Source: Actinomycetota bacterium
GTDB taxonomy: Bacteria > Actinomycetota > Acidimicrobiia > Spongiisociales > UBA11373
Direction: 5' to 3'
Length of the DNA: 57,708 bases
Assembly: GCA_016870535.1 (NCBI GenBank)
Contig: VGBK01000004.1
Span: 1 to 57,708 of the forward strand
Shown here: positions 1 through 7,688 of the stretch, piece by piece
How the letters are laid out: every line of letters starts with the position of its first letter
Position numbering within the stretch: position 1 is the stretch's first letter
Position numbers and translations under genes: made by a program
The notes under the pieces: model-generated
What the model was told of the DNA's origin: nothing
Databases searched by the model: none
The model's input: only the letters and a program-made list of their open reading frames with translations

Positions 1-1
1 C

Positions 2-754
2 CTGAAGGGCAAGGTGGTGCTGGTCACCGGAGGCGCCTCGGGGATCGGCCGGGCGACGGCCCTGCTCTGCGCGCAGGAGGGGGCCGCCGTCGCCATCATG
101 GATCTGGATGAGGCCGGCGGGGCCGCCGCCGTCGAGGAGGCCAGGGCCGCCGGGGACCGGGCCCTGTTCCTCCCCGGCGACGTGACCGGCGCCGACGACT
201 GCCGCCGGGCGGTCGCCGCCACGGTGGCCGCCTTCGGCGGACTGGACGTGCTGTGCAACAACGCCGGGATCATCCGGCGGGCCGACCTGCTCGCCACCAC
301 CGAGGCCGATTGGGACCGGGTGATGGCGGTCAACGTCAAGTCGGTCTTCCTGATGAGCCGGGAAGCCATTCCCCACCTGGCGGCCCGCGGCGGCGGTGCC
401 ATCATCAACATCGCCTCCGGCTGGGGCCTCAAGGGAGGAGTTGCCGCGGCGGCCTACTGCGCCTCGAAGGGCGCCGTGGTCAACCTCACCCGGGCCATGG
501 CCATCGACCACGCCGCCCAGGGCATCCGGGTGAACGCCGTCTGCCCGGGCGACACCGACACCGCCATGCTGCGCCACGAGGCCGGCCAGTTGGGCCGCCC
601 CGAGGCGGAGTTCCTGGCCGAGGCCGCCGGCCGTCCCCTGGGCCGCTGCGGGCGGCCGGAGGAGATCGCCCGGGCGGTGCTCTACCTGGCCACCGACGCG
701 TCGTCCTTCGTCACCGGCACCACCCTGGTCGTCGACGGCGGCGGCCTGGCGTAG
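2..754 (+). CDS. Short-chain dehydrogenase/reductase (SDR), 5'-truncated by window edge
   Basis: LKGKVVLVTGGASGIGRA Rossmann motif (TGxxxGIG), NNAG, and YxxxK (YCASKGAV). The frame is open to position 2, so the true start lies upstream of the window. Confidence 0.9.
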   Translation: MKGKVVLVTGGASGIGRATALLCAQEGAAVAIMDLDEAGGAAAVEEARAAGDRALFLPGDVTGADDCRRAVAATVAAFGGLDVLCNNAGIIRRADLLATTEADWDRVMAVNVKSVFLMSREAIPHLAARGGGAIINIASGWGLKGGVAAAAYCASKGAVVNLTRAMAIDHAAQGIRVNAVCPGDTDTAMLRHEAGQLGRPEAEFLAEAAGRPLGRCGRPEEIARAVLYLATDASSFVTGTTLVVDGGGLA

Positions 755-784
755 CCGGGCCCGGGGCCGGCGCGCCCGCGCCTC

Positions 785-1390
785 CTACCGCCGCACCGCC
801 ACCACGACGTTGTCCACCGCCTGCCGCGGGCCTTCTTCAGCCTCCACCGGCCGCAGCACTTGCTCGGCTCGCACCACCTCGAGGGCGACGCCGACGACCT
901 CCACCACCTCCTCGGCGGTGTACAGGCTGGCGGGGTCGGAAGGACCGCCCCAGCCCCGGGTGAAGTTGTCGGCGTCGTGGCCGATGACGATGAGGCGGCC
1001 GCCCTCGGCCACCGCCTCCGCCGCCCGCCGCCACACCGCGTGGCGCTCCTCGGCCGCGGGCTGCAGGTAGGCGACGAGCACCAGGTCGAACGCCCGGGAA
1101 GACGGCTCCCACTCCCGGAGATCGGCCAGGATCCACTCCACCTCCACCGCGTGGCGCTCGGCCAAGAGCCGGCCCTTCCCCAGGGCGACCTCGGACCAGT
1201 CCACCGCGGTCACCGCCCAGCCCAGGGTGGCCAGCCAGACGGCGTTGCGCCCCGCCCCGGCGGCCAGGTCGAGGGCCCGCCCCGGGGTCAGGCCCTCGAC
1301 CTCGGGCACCAGGAAGCGGTTGGGATCTAGGTGTTCGATGAACTCCCTCTCCCGATGACGGCGATCCCAGTCGCGGCGGTCCACGGCCAC
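785..1390 (-). CDS. Class I SAM-dependent methyltransferase
   Basis: Motif I LDLAAGAGRNAVWLA and a typical MTase fold pattern (DLVLVAYL..GGRLIV). Trimmed from track ORF 785..1750 to the in-frame GTG at 1390, because the upstream part is Arg/Gly/Pro junk overlapping imuB. The start lies 36 nt after the imuB stop on the same strand. Confidence 0.8.
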   Translation of the reverse strand: MAVDRRDWDRRHREREFIEHLDPNRFLVPEVEGLTPGRALDLAAGAGRNAVWLATLGWAVTAVDWSEVALGKGRLLAERHAVEVEWILADLREWEPSSRAFDLVLVAYLQPAAEERHAVWRRAAEAVAEGGRLIVIGHDADNFTRGWGGPSDPASLYTAEEVVEVVGVALEVVRAEQVLRPVEAEEGPRQAVDNVVVAVRR

Positions 1391-1425
1391 CAGGGTAGGC
1401 GCGGCGCCGCGGTGCCGCCGCCGGC

Positions 1426-2889
1426 TCAGTCGTACACCGCGGCCAGGTAGCAGGACCCGTCCCGGACCTCGAAGAGAAGAGCGCCCGCCGAGGTGACCAC
1501 CTGGTAGCAGTCGGCGGGCCCCTCCCCCGCCCACCAGCGACCCGTCTGCCGCCACGGCCCGGCCCAGGCCAGCACCGGCTCCCAGCGGCTGCCCAGACGC
1601 ACCCGCTCCGGTGAGCCGCCGTCCCATTCCACTTCCAGCGGCCGGGGGGCGGGAGGCACCAGCGCCGGGGAGGGGCCGGGCAGGCGCCCCGGCCACGGAG
1701 CCCGGGGATCCCGGTCCGGAGGCGCCGCGGGCTCCCCCCACCGGTGCCACTGCACCCGCTCTCCCGGGCGGCGGCCTCCCTGCGGCCGCGCCTGGAGCAC
1801 CGCCTCCGGCCCCACCAGCGCCTGCGCCCGGGCCAGGGCCCGGGTGGCTTCCAATTCCGAGGCGGCGTCCTCCCCGAGAGACAACTGGCGGCCCCGGTCG
1901 GAGCGGTCGGCCGGCGCCAGGCGCAGCACCGCCAGGCCCCCCGGCACCCCGCCCGACTCCACCCAGGCCCGCAACTGCCAGCGCACTCGCTCCGCCACCT
2001 CCGCCTCGCCGAAGGGGTCGGCGCTCCGCCAGGTGCGGGAGCGGGTCTCCCCGGAAGGCGACCCGGCCTCGACCACCACCCGGTGCGGGGCTCCGCCCCA
2101 GGGCCCCAGCCCCTCGATGAGCCGGTGGGCCAGGGATCGGGCGGCGAAAGCGGCCTGCTCCAGATCACGCAGAGGCGGGTCGAAGCGTTCCTCGACCGCC
2201 AGATCCTCGGGCAGGGAACGGGGCCGCACCCCGCGGTCCTCCCCGGCGGCCAGGCGGTGGGCTTCGAGGCCGGGAAGGCCGAAGCGGGAAGCCACCGCCT
2301 CCCGGGGCAGGGCGGCGAGCGCCCCCAGGGTGGTGACGCCCAGCCAGCGCAGGGTGGCCGCCATCTCCTCCCGGCCCAGCACCGCCACATCGAGGGAGGC
2401 GAGGAAGGCCCGGGTGTCGGCGAGCACCACGGGCCCGTCGCCGGCGGCCGCCGCCGCCAGGCGGGCGGCGAATGGGCCGTCGGCCAAGCCGAGGCGCCCC
2501 CCCTGCCCTCCGGCCTCATCCACCGCCGCGGCCACCCGGGCCACCAGGGGCACCTCCCCGCCGTAGTAGCCGACCGCACCCGAAACCGGGACGAAGAGCA
2601 ACCCCGGATCGGCCACCTCCACCCGGGGGACCAGATCCTCTACAGCGGTGGCCACCACCTCGAAGGCGGCGGCATCGGCGGCGGGGTCGGCGGCCAGGGT
2701 GACCACCGCCGGGCAGAGAGCCTCGGCCTGCCGCCGTCGCATCCCCGCCGCCACCCCGGCGGCGGCAGCGAGGCCGTTGACGGCGAGGACCATCCCGGCG
2801 CCCACCACCTGGCAAGGGCTATCAGACGGCGCGTCCGGCCGGCGCAGCCGCCAGTCGGGGAACCACACGCAGAGCGTCCGAGCCGTCAT
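1426..2889 (-). CDS. imuB: ImuB, Y-family DNA polymerase-like mutasome subunit
   Basis: N-terminus MTARTLCVWFPDWRL is typical of ImuB. The fold-like region is UmuC/DinB-like without an obvious catalytic acidic triad. It lies directly downstream of a RecA-fold imuA'-like gene and behind an SOS box. Confidence 0.85.
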   Translation of the reverse strand: MTARTLCVWFPDWRLRRPDAPSDSPCQVVGAGMVLAVNGLAAAAGVAAGMRRRQAEALCPAVVTLAADPAADAAAFEVVATAVEDLVPRVEVADPGLLFVPVSGAVGYYGGEVPLVARVAAAVDEAGGQGGRLGLADGPFAARLAAAAAGDGPVVLADTRAFLASLDVAVLGREEMAATLRWLGVTTLGALAALPREAVASRFGLPGLEAHRLAAGEDRGVRPRSLPEDLAVEERFDPPLRDLEQAAFAARSLAHRLIEGLGPWGGAPHRVVVEAGSPSGETRSRTWRSADPFGEAEVAERVRWQLRAWVESGGVPGGLAVLRLAPADRSDRGRQLSLGEDAASELEATRALARAQALVGPEAVLQARPQGGRRPGERVQWHRWGEPAAPPDRDPRAPWPGRLPGPSPALVPPAPRPLEVEWDGGSPERVRLGSRWEPVLAWAGPWRQTGRWWAGEGPADCYQVVTSAGALLFEVRDGSCYLAAVYD

Positions 2890-3460
2890 CCAGCACCTCG
2901 AGGACCTGTTCGCTACCCCCTACCCCCCGCCCGGCGGCGCGCAGGGTGAGCCGCCGCCCGGTGATCCGCCCGTGCCCCGAGCCGGCGCCCTCCCAGCGCA
3001 CCGCCTCGCCCATCAGGTTGAGGTGGGCCAGGCCCGAGGGGAGAGCACCGCGCAGAGGGCGGAGGAGGAGGGCGGAGCGACGCGCCCGAGCCAGGGCCCC
3101 CAGGCGGCGGAGCAGGGCCTCATCGGCCCCGGCGGGAACCTCGGCGTACACCGCGGGCAGGCCCTCCAACAGGGCGGCGGTCACCCGGCCCCACAGGCTC
3201 CGCTCGGGGCAGCGCACCACCACCAGGCGCTCCGGGGCCACCCCGGCCTCCCAGGCGGCCGGAGGGCAGAGCCAGCCGCGCACATCCACCACCGCCACCG
3301 GGCCGCGACGGGCCGGGCCCGCCAACAGCGCCAGGCCGAGGCGGGTGAGGCCGGACCCGGGAGGCCCCACCAGGCCCAGCACCCGGCCCGGTTCGACGCC
3401 GGGCACAACCCGCGGGAAGGCTTCGAGGGCCACCACCTCCGCCCGCGCCGCCTCTGCCAT
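2822..3460 (-). CDS. imuA': ImuA' (RecA-fold, cell-division-inhibitor-like mutasome accessory protein)
   Basis: 212 aa with a degenerate P-loop GPPGSGLTRLG. It sits immediately upstream of imuB with a 68-nt overlap. A GGGAGG Shine-Dalgarno (SD) sequence lies 9 nt before the ATG, and a LexA box lies in its promoter. Confidence 0.75.
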   Translation of the reverse strand: MAEAARAEVVALEAFPRVVPGVEPGRVLGLVGPPGSGLTRLGLALLAGPARRGPVAVVDVRGWLCPPAAWEAGVAPERLVVVRCPERSLWGRVTAALLEGLPAVYAEVPAGADEALLRRLGALARARRSALLLRPLRGALPSGLAHLNLMGEAVRWEGAGSGHGRITGRRLTLRAAGRGVGGSEQVLEVLDDGSDALRVVPRLAAAPAGRAV

Positions 3461-3489
3461 GGCACCCGCCTCCCTATGCCGGGCCTCAC

Positions 3490-3519
3490 ATCTTAGTCGA
3501 ACATATGTTCGATAGGCAA
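3490..3519 (-). promoter_or_regulatory. Putative imuA'-imuB promoter (TTGCCT-18 nt-TAAGAT)
   Basis: On the minus strand, the -35-like TTGCCT is at 3519..3514 and the -10-like TAAGAT is at 3495..3490. The LexA box occupies 16 nt of the 18-nt spacer. These are AT-rich hexamers in an otherwise GC-rich intergenic region. Confidence 0.55.
3497..3512 (-). promoter_or_regulatory. LexA operator (actinobacterial/Gram-positive SOS box)
   Basis: Perfect 16-bp palindrome TCGAACATATGTTCGA, matching the TCGAAC-N4-GTTCGA consensus. Located 37 nt upstream of the imuA' ATG. Confidence 0.9.
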
Positions 3520-3536
3520 GGGGACCTGGAACGCCG

Positions 3537-3562
3537 GGAGGGCGGCCCGCAGGCCGCCCTCC
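3537..3562 (-). terminator. GC-rich stem-loop after pnp (putative terminator, no U-tract)
   Basis: An 11-bp perfect stem GGAGGGCGGCC/GGCCGCCCTCC with a 4-nt loop, 28 nt downstream of the pnp stop. Confidence 0.45.
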
Positions 3563-3589
3563 GCAGGGGATCGGAGTCGATCGAAAGGC

Positions 3590-6001
3590 CTACAGGCCCC
3601 GCTCGAAGTCGTCCTCGAAGGACACCACGGTGCGGCCCGTCCGGTCGCCCTCGCGGTTGCCGCGGGAAGACCGGTCGCTGCGGGGCTGGTCACTGCGGGA
3701 TCGGTCGGCCCGAGGCTGATCGCCGCGCGGGCGGCGGCCGGGGTCGCGCCCGCGGTCACGATCACCGCCGCCGCGCGGGCCGCGGTCGCGCTCGCCGCCG
3801 CGGTCCCGGTCGCCGTACCCGCCTTCGGGCCGCCGCCCCTCATCGCCCTCCCCCGCCGGGGCGGCCCCGGGGAGGTCGAGGCTCACCTTGCCGTTGCGGT
3901 CGATGTCGCGGACCACCACGGTGACCTTGTCACCGAGGTTGAAAACGTCCTCGACCCGTTCCACCCGTTTGCCACCGCCCATCTTGGAGATGTGCAGCAG
4001 ACCGTCGCGGCCGGGCAGGATGTTCACAAAAGCACCGAACGAGGTGATGTTGACGATCTCGCCCTCGTACTCCTTGCCCACTTCGGCCTCGGGCGGGAAG
4101 GCAATGGCCATGACCCAGTCCTTGGCCTTCTTGAGGCTCTCCCCGTCGGGGGAGCCGATGCGCACCGTGCCGTCGTCCTCCATCTCGAGGGTGGCGCCGG
4201 TCTCCTCCTCGATCTGGCGGATGATCTTGCCCTTGGGGCCGATGACCTCGCCGATCTTGTCCCGCGGGATCTGCACCGCCTCGATACGCGGGGCATAGGA
4301 GTTCAGCTCCGGGCGGGGAGCCGAGATGACCTGGTCCATCTGGTCGAGGATGTGCATCCGGCCGGCGCGAGCCTGCTCGAGGGCTTGAGCCAGCACCTCA
4401 GTGGGCAGGCTCTCGACCTTGGTGTCCAACTGGAGGGCGGTGATCATGTCCCGCGTCCCGGCCACCTTGAAGTCCATGTCGCCCAGGGCATCCTCGGCCC
4501 CGAGGATGTCGGTGAGGGTGATGTGCCCGCCCTCATGGGCAATGAGGCCCATGGCCACCCCGGCTACGGCGGCGGCAACCGGCACCCCGGCGTCCATCAG
4601 CGACAGGCTGGAACCGCAGACCGAAGCCATGGACGAGGACCCGTTGGAGGAGAGCACCTCAGACACCAGGCGGAAGGCGTAAGGGAACTGGTCCTCGGTG
4701 GGGATCACCGGCAGCACCGCCTTCTCGGCCAGCGCCCCGTGGCCGATCTCCCGCCGCTTGGGCCCTCGCATGAAACCAACTTCCCCGGTGCAGAACGGCG
4801 GGAAGTTGTAGTGGTGCATGTAGCGCTTGGATTCCTCGAAGGAGATGGTGTCGAGCATCTGCTCCATGCGCAGCATGCCCAGAGTGGTCACATTCAGCAC
4901 CTGGGTCTCACCCCGCTGGAAGAGGCCCGACCCGTGCGCCCGGGCCACCACCCCTACCTCGACCGAGATGGGCCGCACCTCGTCGGCCCGGCGGCCGTCG
5001 AGACGGGTCCCCTCTTCGATCACGCGCCGCCGCATCGCCTTCTTGGTGGCGGTCTTGAAAGCGCGGGTCGCCGCGGCGAAGTCTTCGTGATCCTCACCGA
5101 TGCCCAGGTCGGCCAGGGTGGCGGCGCGGGCCGCCTCCTCGGCGGCGTTCCGCTCCTGCTTGCCGGCGAGACGCACCACCTCGGCCAGACGGGGGGCGGC
5201 CGTCACGGCCACCTGCTCCAACAGCTCCTCGGAGTAGTCGAGGGTGACGGGGTAGTCGACCACGGGGATCTCCCCCACCGCCGAGCGCAGCTCGAGTTGC
5301 AGATCGACGAAGGCGGCGATGTGCGCCCGGGCCTCTTCCAGGCCACGGGCCACCGTCGCCTCGTCCACCGGGGCCTGCCCTTCGGCGACCAGGCGCAGGG
5401 CGTCCTCAGTAGCCCCGGCCTCGACCATGGCAATGTCCACGCCGCCGGCGGCGTTCCGCTTGCCCACCACCACCATGGAGAAGACCGCCTTCTCCAGTTG
5501 CGGGTAGGTGGCCATCGGGATCCAGGCACCTTCGGAGAAGGCCATGAGCACCGCCCCCACCGGGCCGAGGAAGGGGATGGGGCTCACCATGAGCGCCGCC
5601 GAGGCAGCATTGAGGGCCACCACGTCGTAGGGGTGCTCGTCGTCGACGGAGAGCACGGTGGCCACGATGTGGGTCTCGCAGCGGTAGCCCTCCCGGAAGG
5701 ACGGACGCAGCGGCCGATCGATGAGACGCGCCGAGAGGATCGCCTTCTCGGTAGGCCGACCCTCGCGGCGGAAGAAGGAGCCGGGGATCTTCCCGGCGGC
5801 GTACATACGCTCCTCGACATCCACGGTGAGGGGGAAGAAGTCCACCCCCTCCCGCGGCCGGCGAGTCGCGGTGGCGGTGGCCAGCACCTCAGTGCCGCCC
5901 ATGGCCACCACGACCGCGCCGTCGGCCTGGAGAGCCAGCTTGCCGGTCTGGAAGGTGATGTCGGCGCCACCCACGGCACCGCGTACGGTTACTTCGGACA
6001 C
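3590..6001 (-). CDS. pnp: Polynucleotide phosphorylase with Arg/Asp-rich C-terminal tail
   Basis: Full-length PNPase architecture: two RNase PH domains (FFRREGRPTEKAILSARLIDRPLRP), then KH and S1 domains. GTG start with an AGAGAGG SD. It follows rpsO as in the canonical operon. Confidence 0.97.
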   Translation of the reverse strand: MSEVTVRGAVGGADITFQTGKLALQADGAVVVAMGGTEVLATATATRRPREGVDFFPLTVDVEERMYAAGKIPGSFFRREGRPTEKAILSARLIDRPLRPSFREGYRCETHIVATVLSVDDEHPYDVVALNAASAALMVSPIPFLGPVGAVLMAFSEGAWIPMATYPQLEKAVFSMVVVGKRNAAGGVDIAMVEAGATEDALRLVAEGQAPVDEATVARGLEEARAHIAAFVDLQLELRSAVGEIPVVDYPVTLDYSEELLEQVAVTAAPRLAEVVRLAGKQERNAAEEAARAATLADLGIGEDHEDFAAATRAFKTATKKAMRRRVIEEGTRLDGRRADEVRPISVEVGVVARAHGSGLFQRGETQVLNVTTLGMLRMEQMLDTISFEESKRYMHHYNFPPFCTGEVGFMRGPKRREIGHGALAEKAVLPVIPTEDQFPYAFRLVSEVLSSNGSSSMASVCGSSLSLMDAGVPVAAAVAGVAMGLIAHEGGHITLTDILGAEDALGDMDFKVAGTRDMITALQLDTKVESLPTEVLAQALEQARAGRMHILDQMDQVISAPRPELNSYAPRIEAVQIPRDKIGEVIGPKGKIIRQIEEETGATLEMEDDGTVRIGSPDGESLKKAKDWVMAIAFPPEAEVGKEYEGEIVNITSFGAFVNILPGRDGLLHISKMGGGKRVERVEDVFNLGDKVTVVVRDIDRNGKVSLDLPGAAPAGEGDEGRRPEGGYGDRDRGGERDRGPRGGGDRDRGRDPGRRPRGDQPRADRSRSDQPRSDRSSRGNREGDRTGRTVVSFEDDFERGL

Positions 6002-6170
6002 GCTCTACAACCTCTCTTCGGGGGGGAGAGCGAGCCAATTACCAGTGGTCACACCTCGAGGCGAGCAAGGAGTGGCAACTAGCAACTGACCCGGAGTCCC
6101 CCGGTGAGCCTTACGGACTGCCGCGGCCGGCCCAGGACCCTCCCGGACACCCCGGCCGGCGGCCTTCCCC

Positions 6171-6428
6171 CTATCGGCGCAGGCCGAGGCGGGAGATGAC
6201 GGTGCGGTACCGCTCGACATCCTGGTCTTTCAGGTAATCGAGCAGGCGCCGCCGCTTGCCGACCAGCATGAGGAGGCCTCGCCGTCCGTGATGGTCCTTC
6301 TCGTGGCCCTTCAGGTGGTCGGTGAGGTGGTTGATCCGCTCGGTGAGCAGCGCCACCTGGACCTCCGGCGAACCGGTGTCGGCGGCGTGCATGCCGAACT
6401 CCTCGATGATGGTGCGGGTGTCCTTCAT
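6171..6428 (-). CDS. rpsO: 30S ribosomal protein S15
   Basis: 85 aa, [46 protein letters not shown]. Trimmed from track ORF 6171..6506 to the internal ATG. Confidence 0.95.
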   Translation of the reverse strand: MKDTRTIIEEFGMHAADTGSPEVQVALLTERINHLTDHLKGHEKDHHGRRGLLMLVGKRRRLLDYLKDQDVERYRTVISRLGLRR

Positions 6429-6461
6429 AGAAGGTGCCGGGGTCGGACCCGGCAGAGAAGC

Positions 6462-6470
6462 ATCATAGCA
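6462..6470 (-). promoter_or_regulatory. Putative extended -10 promoter for rpsO-pnp (TGCTATGAT)
   Basis: The minus strand reads TGCTATGAT about 34 nt upstream of the rpsO ATG. This is the only AT-rich hexamer in the 90-nt gap. Confidence 0.35.
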
Positions 6471-6518
6471 GGTCAGCCCGCCAACCCCGCCCCCGGCCGG
6501 CCGCACCCCGGCGGGGCT

Positions 6519-7577
6519 TCACAGCACGCGATTCAGCGGCACCTTCAGGGCGCTGCCCGGGCCGTGCACCACCACTCCCGCCGCCGGGCGCTGACCCACC
6601 AGGGGAAGGGAGCACGACTCCGACCCGGCCGTCGCTGCGGCGATGCAGGCGGCCACCCGCGGGTCGTAGAGCACGGCGAGGTGGGCCTCGGCTACCCGGG
6701 AACCGACCTGCCAGGGACGGGTGAGCAAGGTGGGAAGGAAGCCCGGTTTGCCGTCGGAGGCCTCATAGACCCGCAGTCCTTCGGGGACATCGGCGAAGTT
6801 GGTGATCGCCGCCTGGGGGTTGCGCACCACCATCACCTCCACCCCCGACGCCCGGCCGAGGTGCCGGCGCGTGTCGACGCATCCCCTGAGGTCGCACCTG
6901 ATCGGGTCGTAGCCCCCGTCGTCGGGGATGGGGCCCCAGAGGGTGCCCAGGCTCTGCAGCCACCCGTGGAACCCGGAGGCCATGGGAGGGTCGAGCAGCG
7001 CGGCGCCGATCACCCCGTGGGCCGCCCCCGGCTCGCCGCGATCCCAGCGGGCCACCAGTTCGGCGATGCCGGCGCCGCCTTTGCTGAAGCCCACGAGGTA
7101 CACGGGCCGGCCGGATTCGTTCAGGCCCGCCAGGTAGCCATCGAGCGCGTCCGCCGTCTCGTCGATGGAGGCCTGCTCGGAGGCCCGGCCGTGCTCCCGG
7201 CCCCCGTCGGCCCAGCGGTAGTCGAAGTAGCGCGCCCGATCCGAGTCCAGGCCCATGAGCGCGACCAGATGGGAGAACACGCCGGGGGCGGAGGCGCTCC
7301 CGTGCCCCGACACGAACACCACCAGAGGCTCCTCCCCCTCGGCCTCTCCCCGGGCCTCCCCTGCCCCCCTGCGGCCCCGGGCCCGCGTCGCGGCCAGTGC
7401 CGCCAGGCCGGCGACGGCGCCTCCGACGGCCGCGGGGAGAGGGGGCACCGTCGGCCCCCCGGGAACGGGCGAGCCGGCGCCGACCGCGGGCAGGCGAGGA
7501 TCGGGAGCGAGGCGGATCCCGTCGCCGGGGACGGGATCGGCCAGGAGGACGAGAGCGAGGACGAGAGCGGCGGTCAC
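6519..7577 (-). CDS. Membrane-anchored alpha/beta-hydrolase (lipase/esterase-like)
   Basis: Hydrophobic N-terminus VTAALVLALVLLA and a nucleophile elbow GFSKGG after VVFVSGHG. Trimmed from track ORF 6519..9446 to the GTG at 7577, because the upstream part is an antisense artefact of the plus-strand gene. Confidence 0.75.
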   Translation of the reverse strand: MTAALVLALVLLADPVPGDGIRLAPDPRLPAVGAGSPVPGGPTVPPLPAAVGGAVAGLAALAATRARGRRGAGEARGEAEGEEPLVVFVSGHGSASAPGVFSHLVALMGLDSDRARYFDYRWADGGREHGRASEQASIDETADALDGYLAGLNESGRPVYLVGFSKGGAGIAELVARWDRGEPGAAHGVIGAALLDPPMASGFHGWLQSLGTLWGPIPDDGGYDPIRCDLRGCVDTRRHLGRASGVEVMVVRNPQAAITNFADVPEGLRVYEASDGKPGFLPTLLTRPWQVGSRVAEAHLAVLYDPRVAACIAAATAGSESCSLPLVGQRPAAGVVVHGPGSALKVPLNRVL

Positions 7578-7688
7578 TTGGCATTCCCGGGTGGAGGGCC
7601 CCCCAAAGGTGGCGCTCTCGCTCCCGCGTTTCAAGGGGGCTGCGCGCCGGGCGAACCGCGCCCGGGCAGAATGGGCGGTGGAGGCAAG

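Noticed and set aside
837-2579. 580-aa minus-strand ORF, plus the similar long alternative-frame ORFs at 1744..2949, 3992..6082, 13415..15502, 14646..16550, 16289..19534, 17625..19253, 30860..34051, 38696..40720 and 52026..54389
   Set aside because: The translations are dominated by Arg/Pro/Gly/Ala/His runs with no recognisable motifs. They overlap well-supported genes (imuB, pnp, infB, nusA, proS, ispG, yifB, cofH, ffh) in another frame or on the other strand. Long stop-free off-frames are expected at this GC content.
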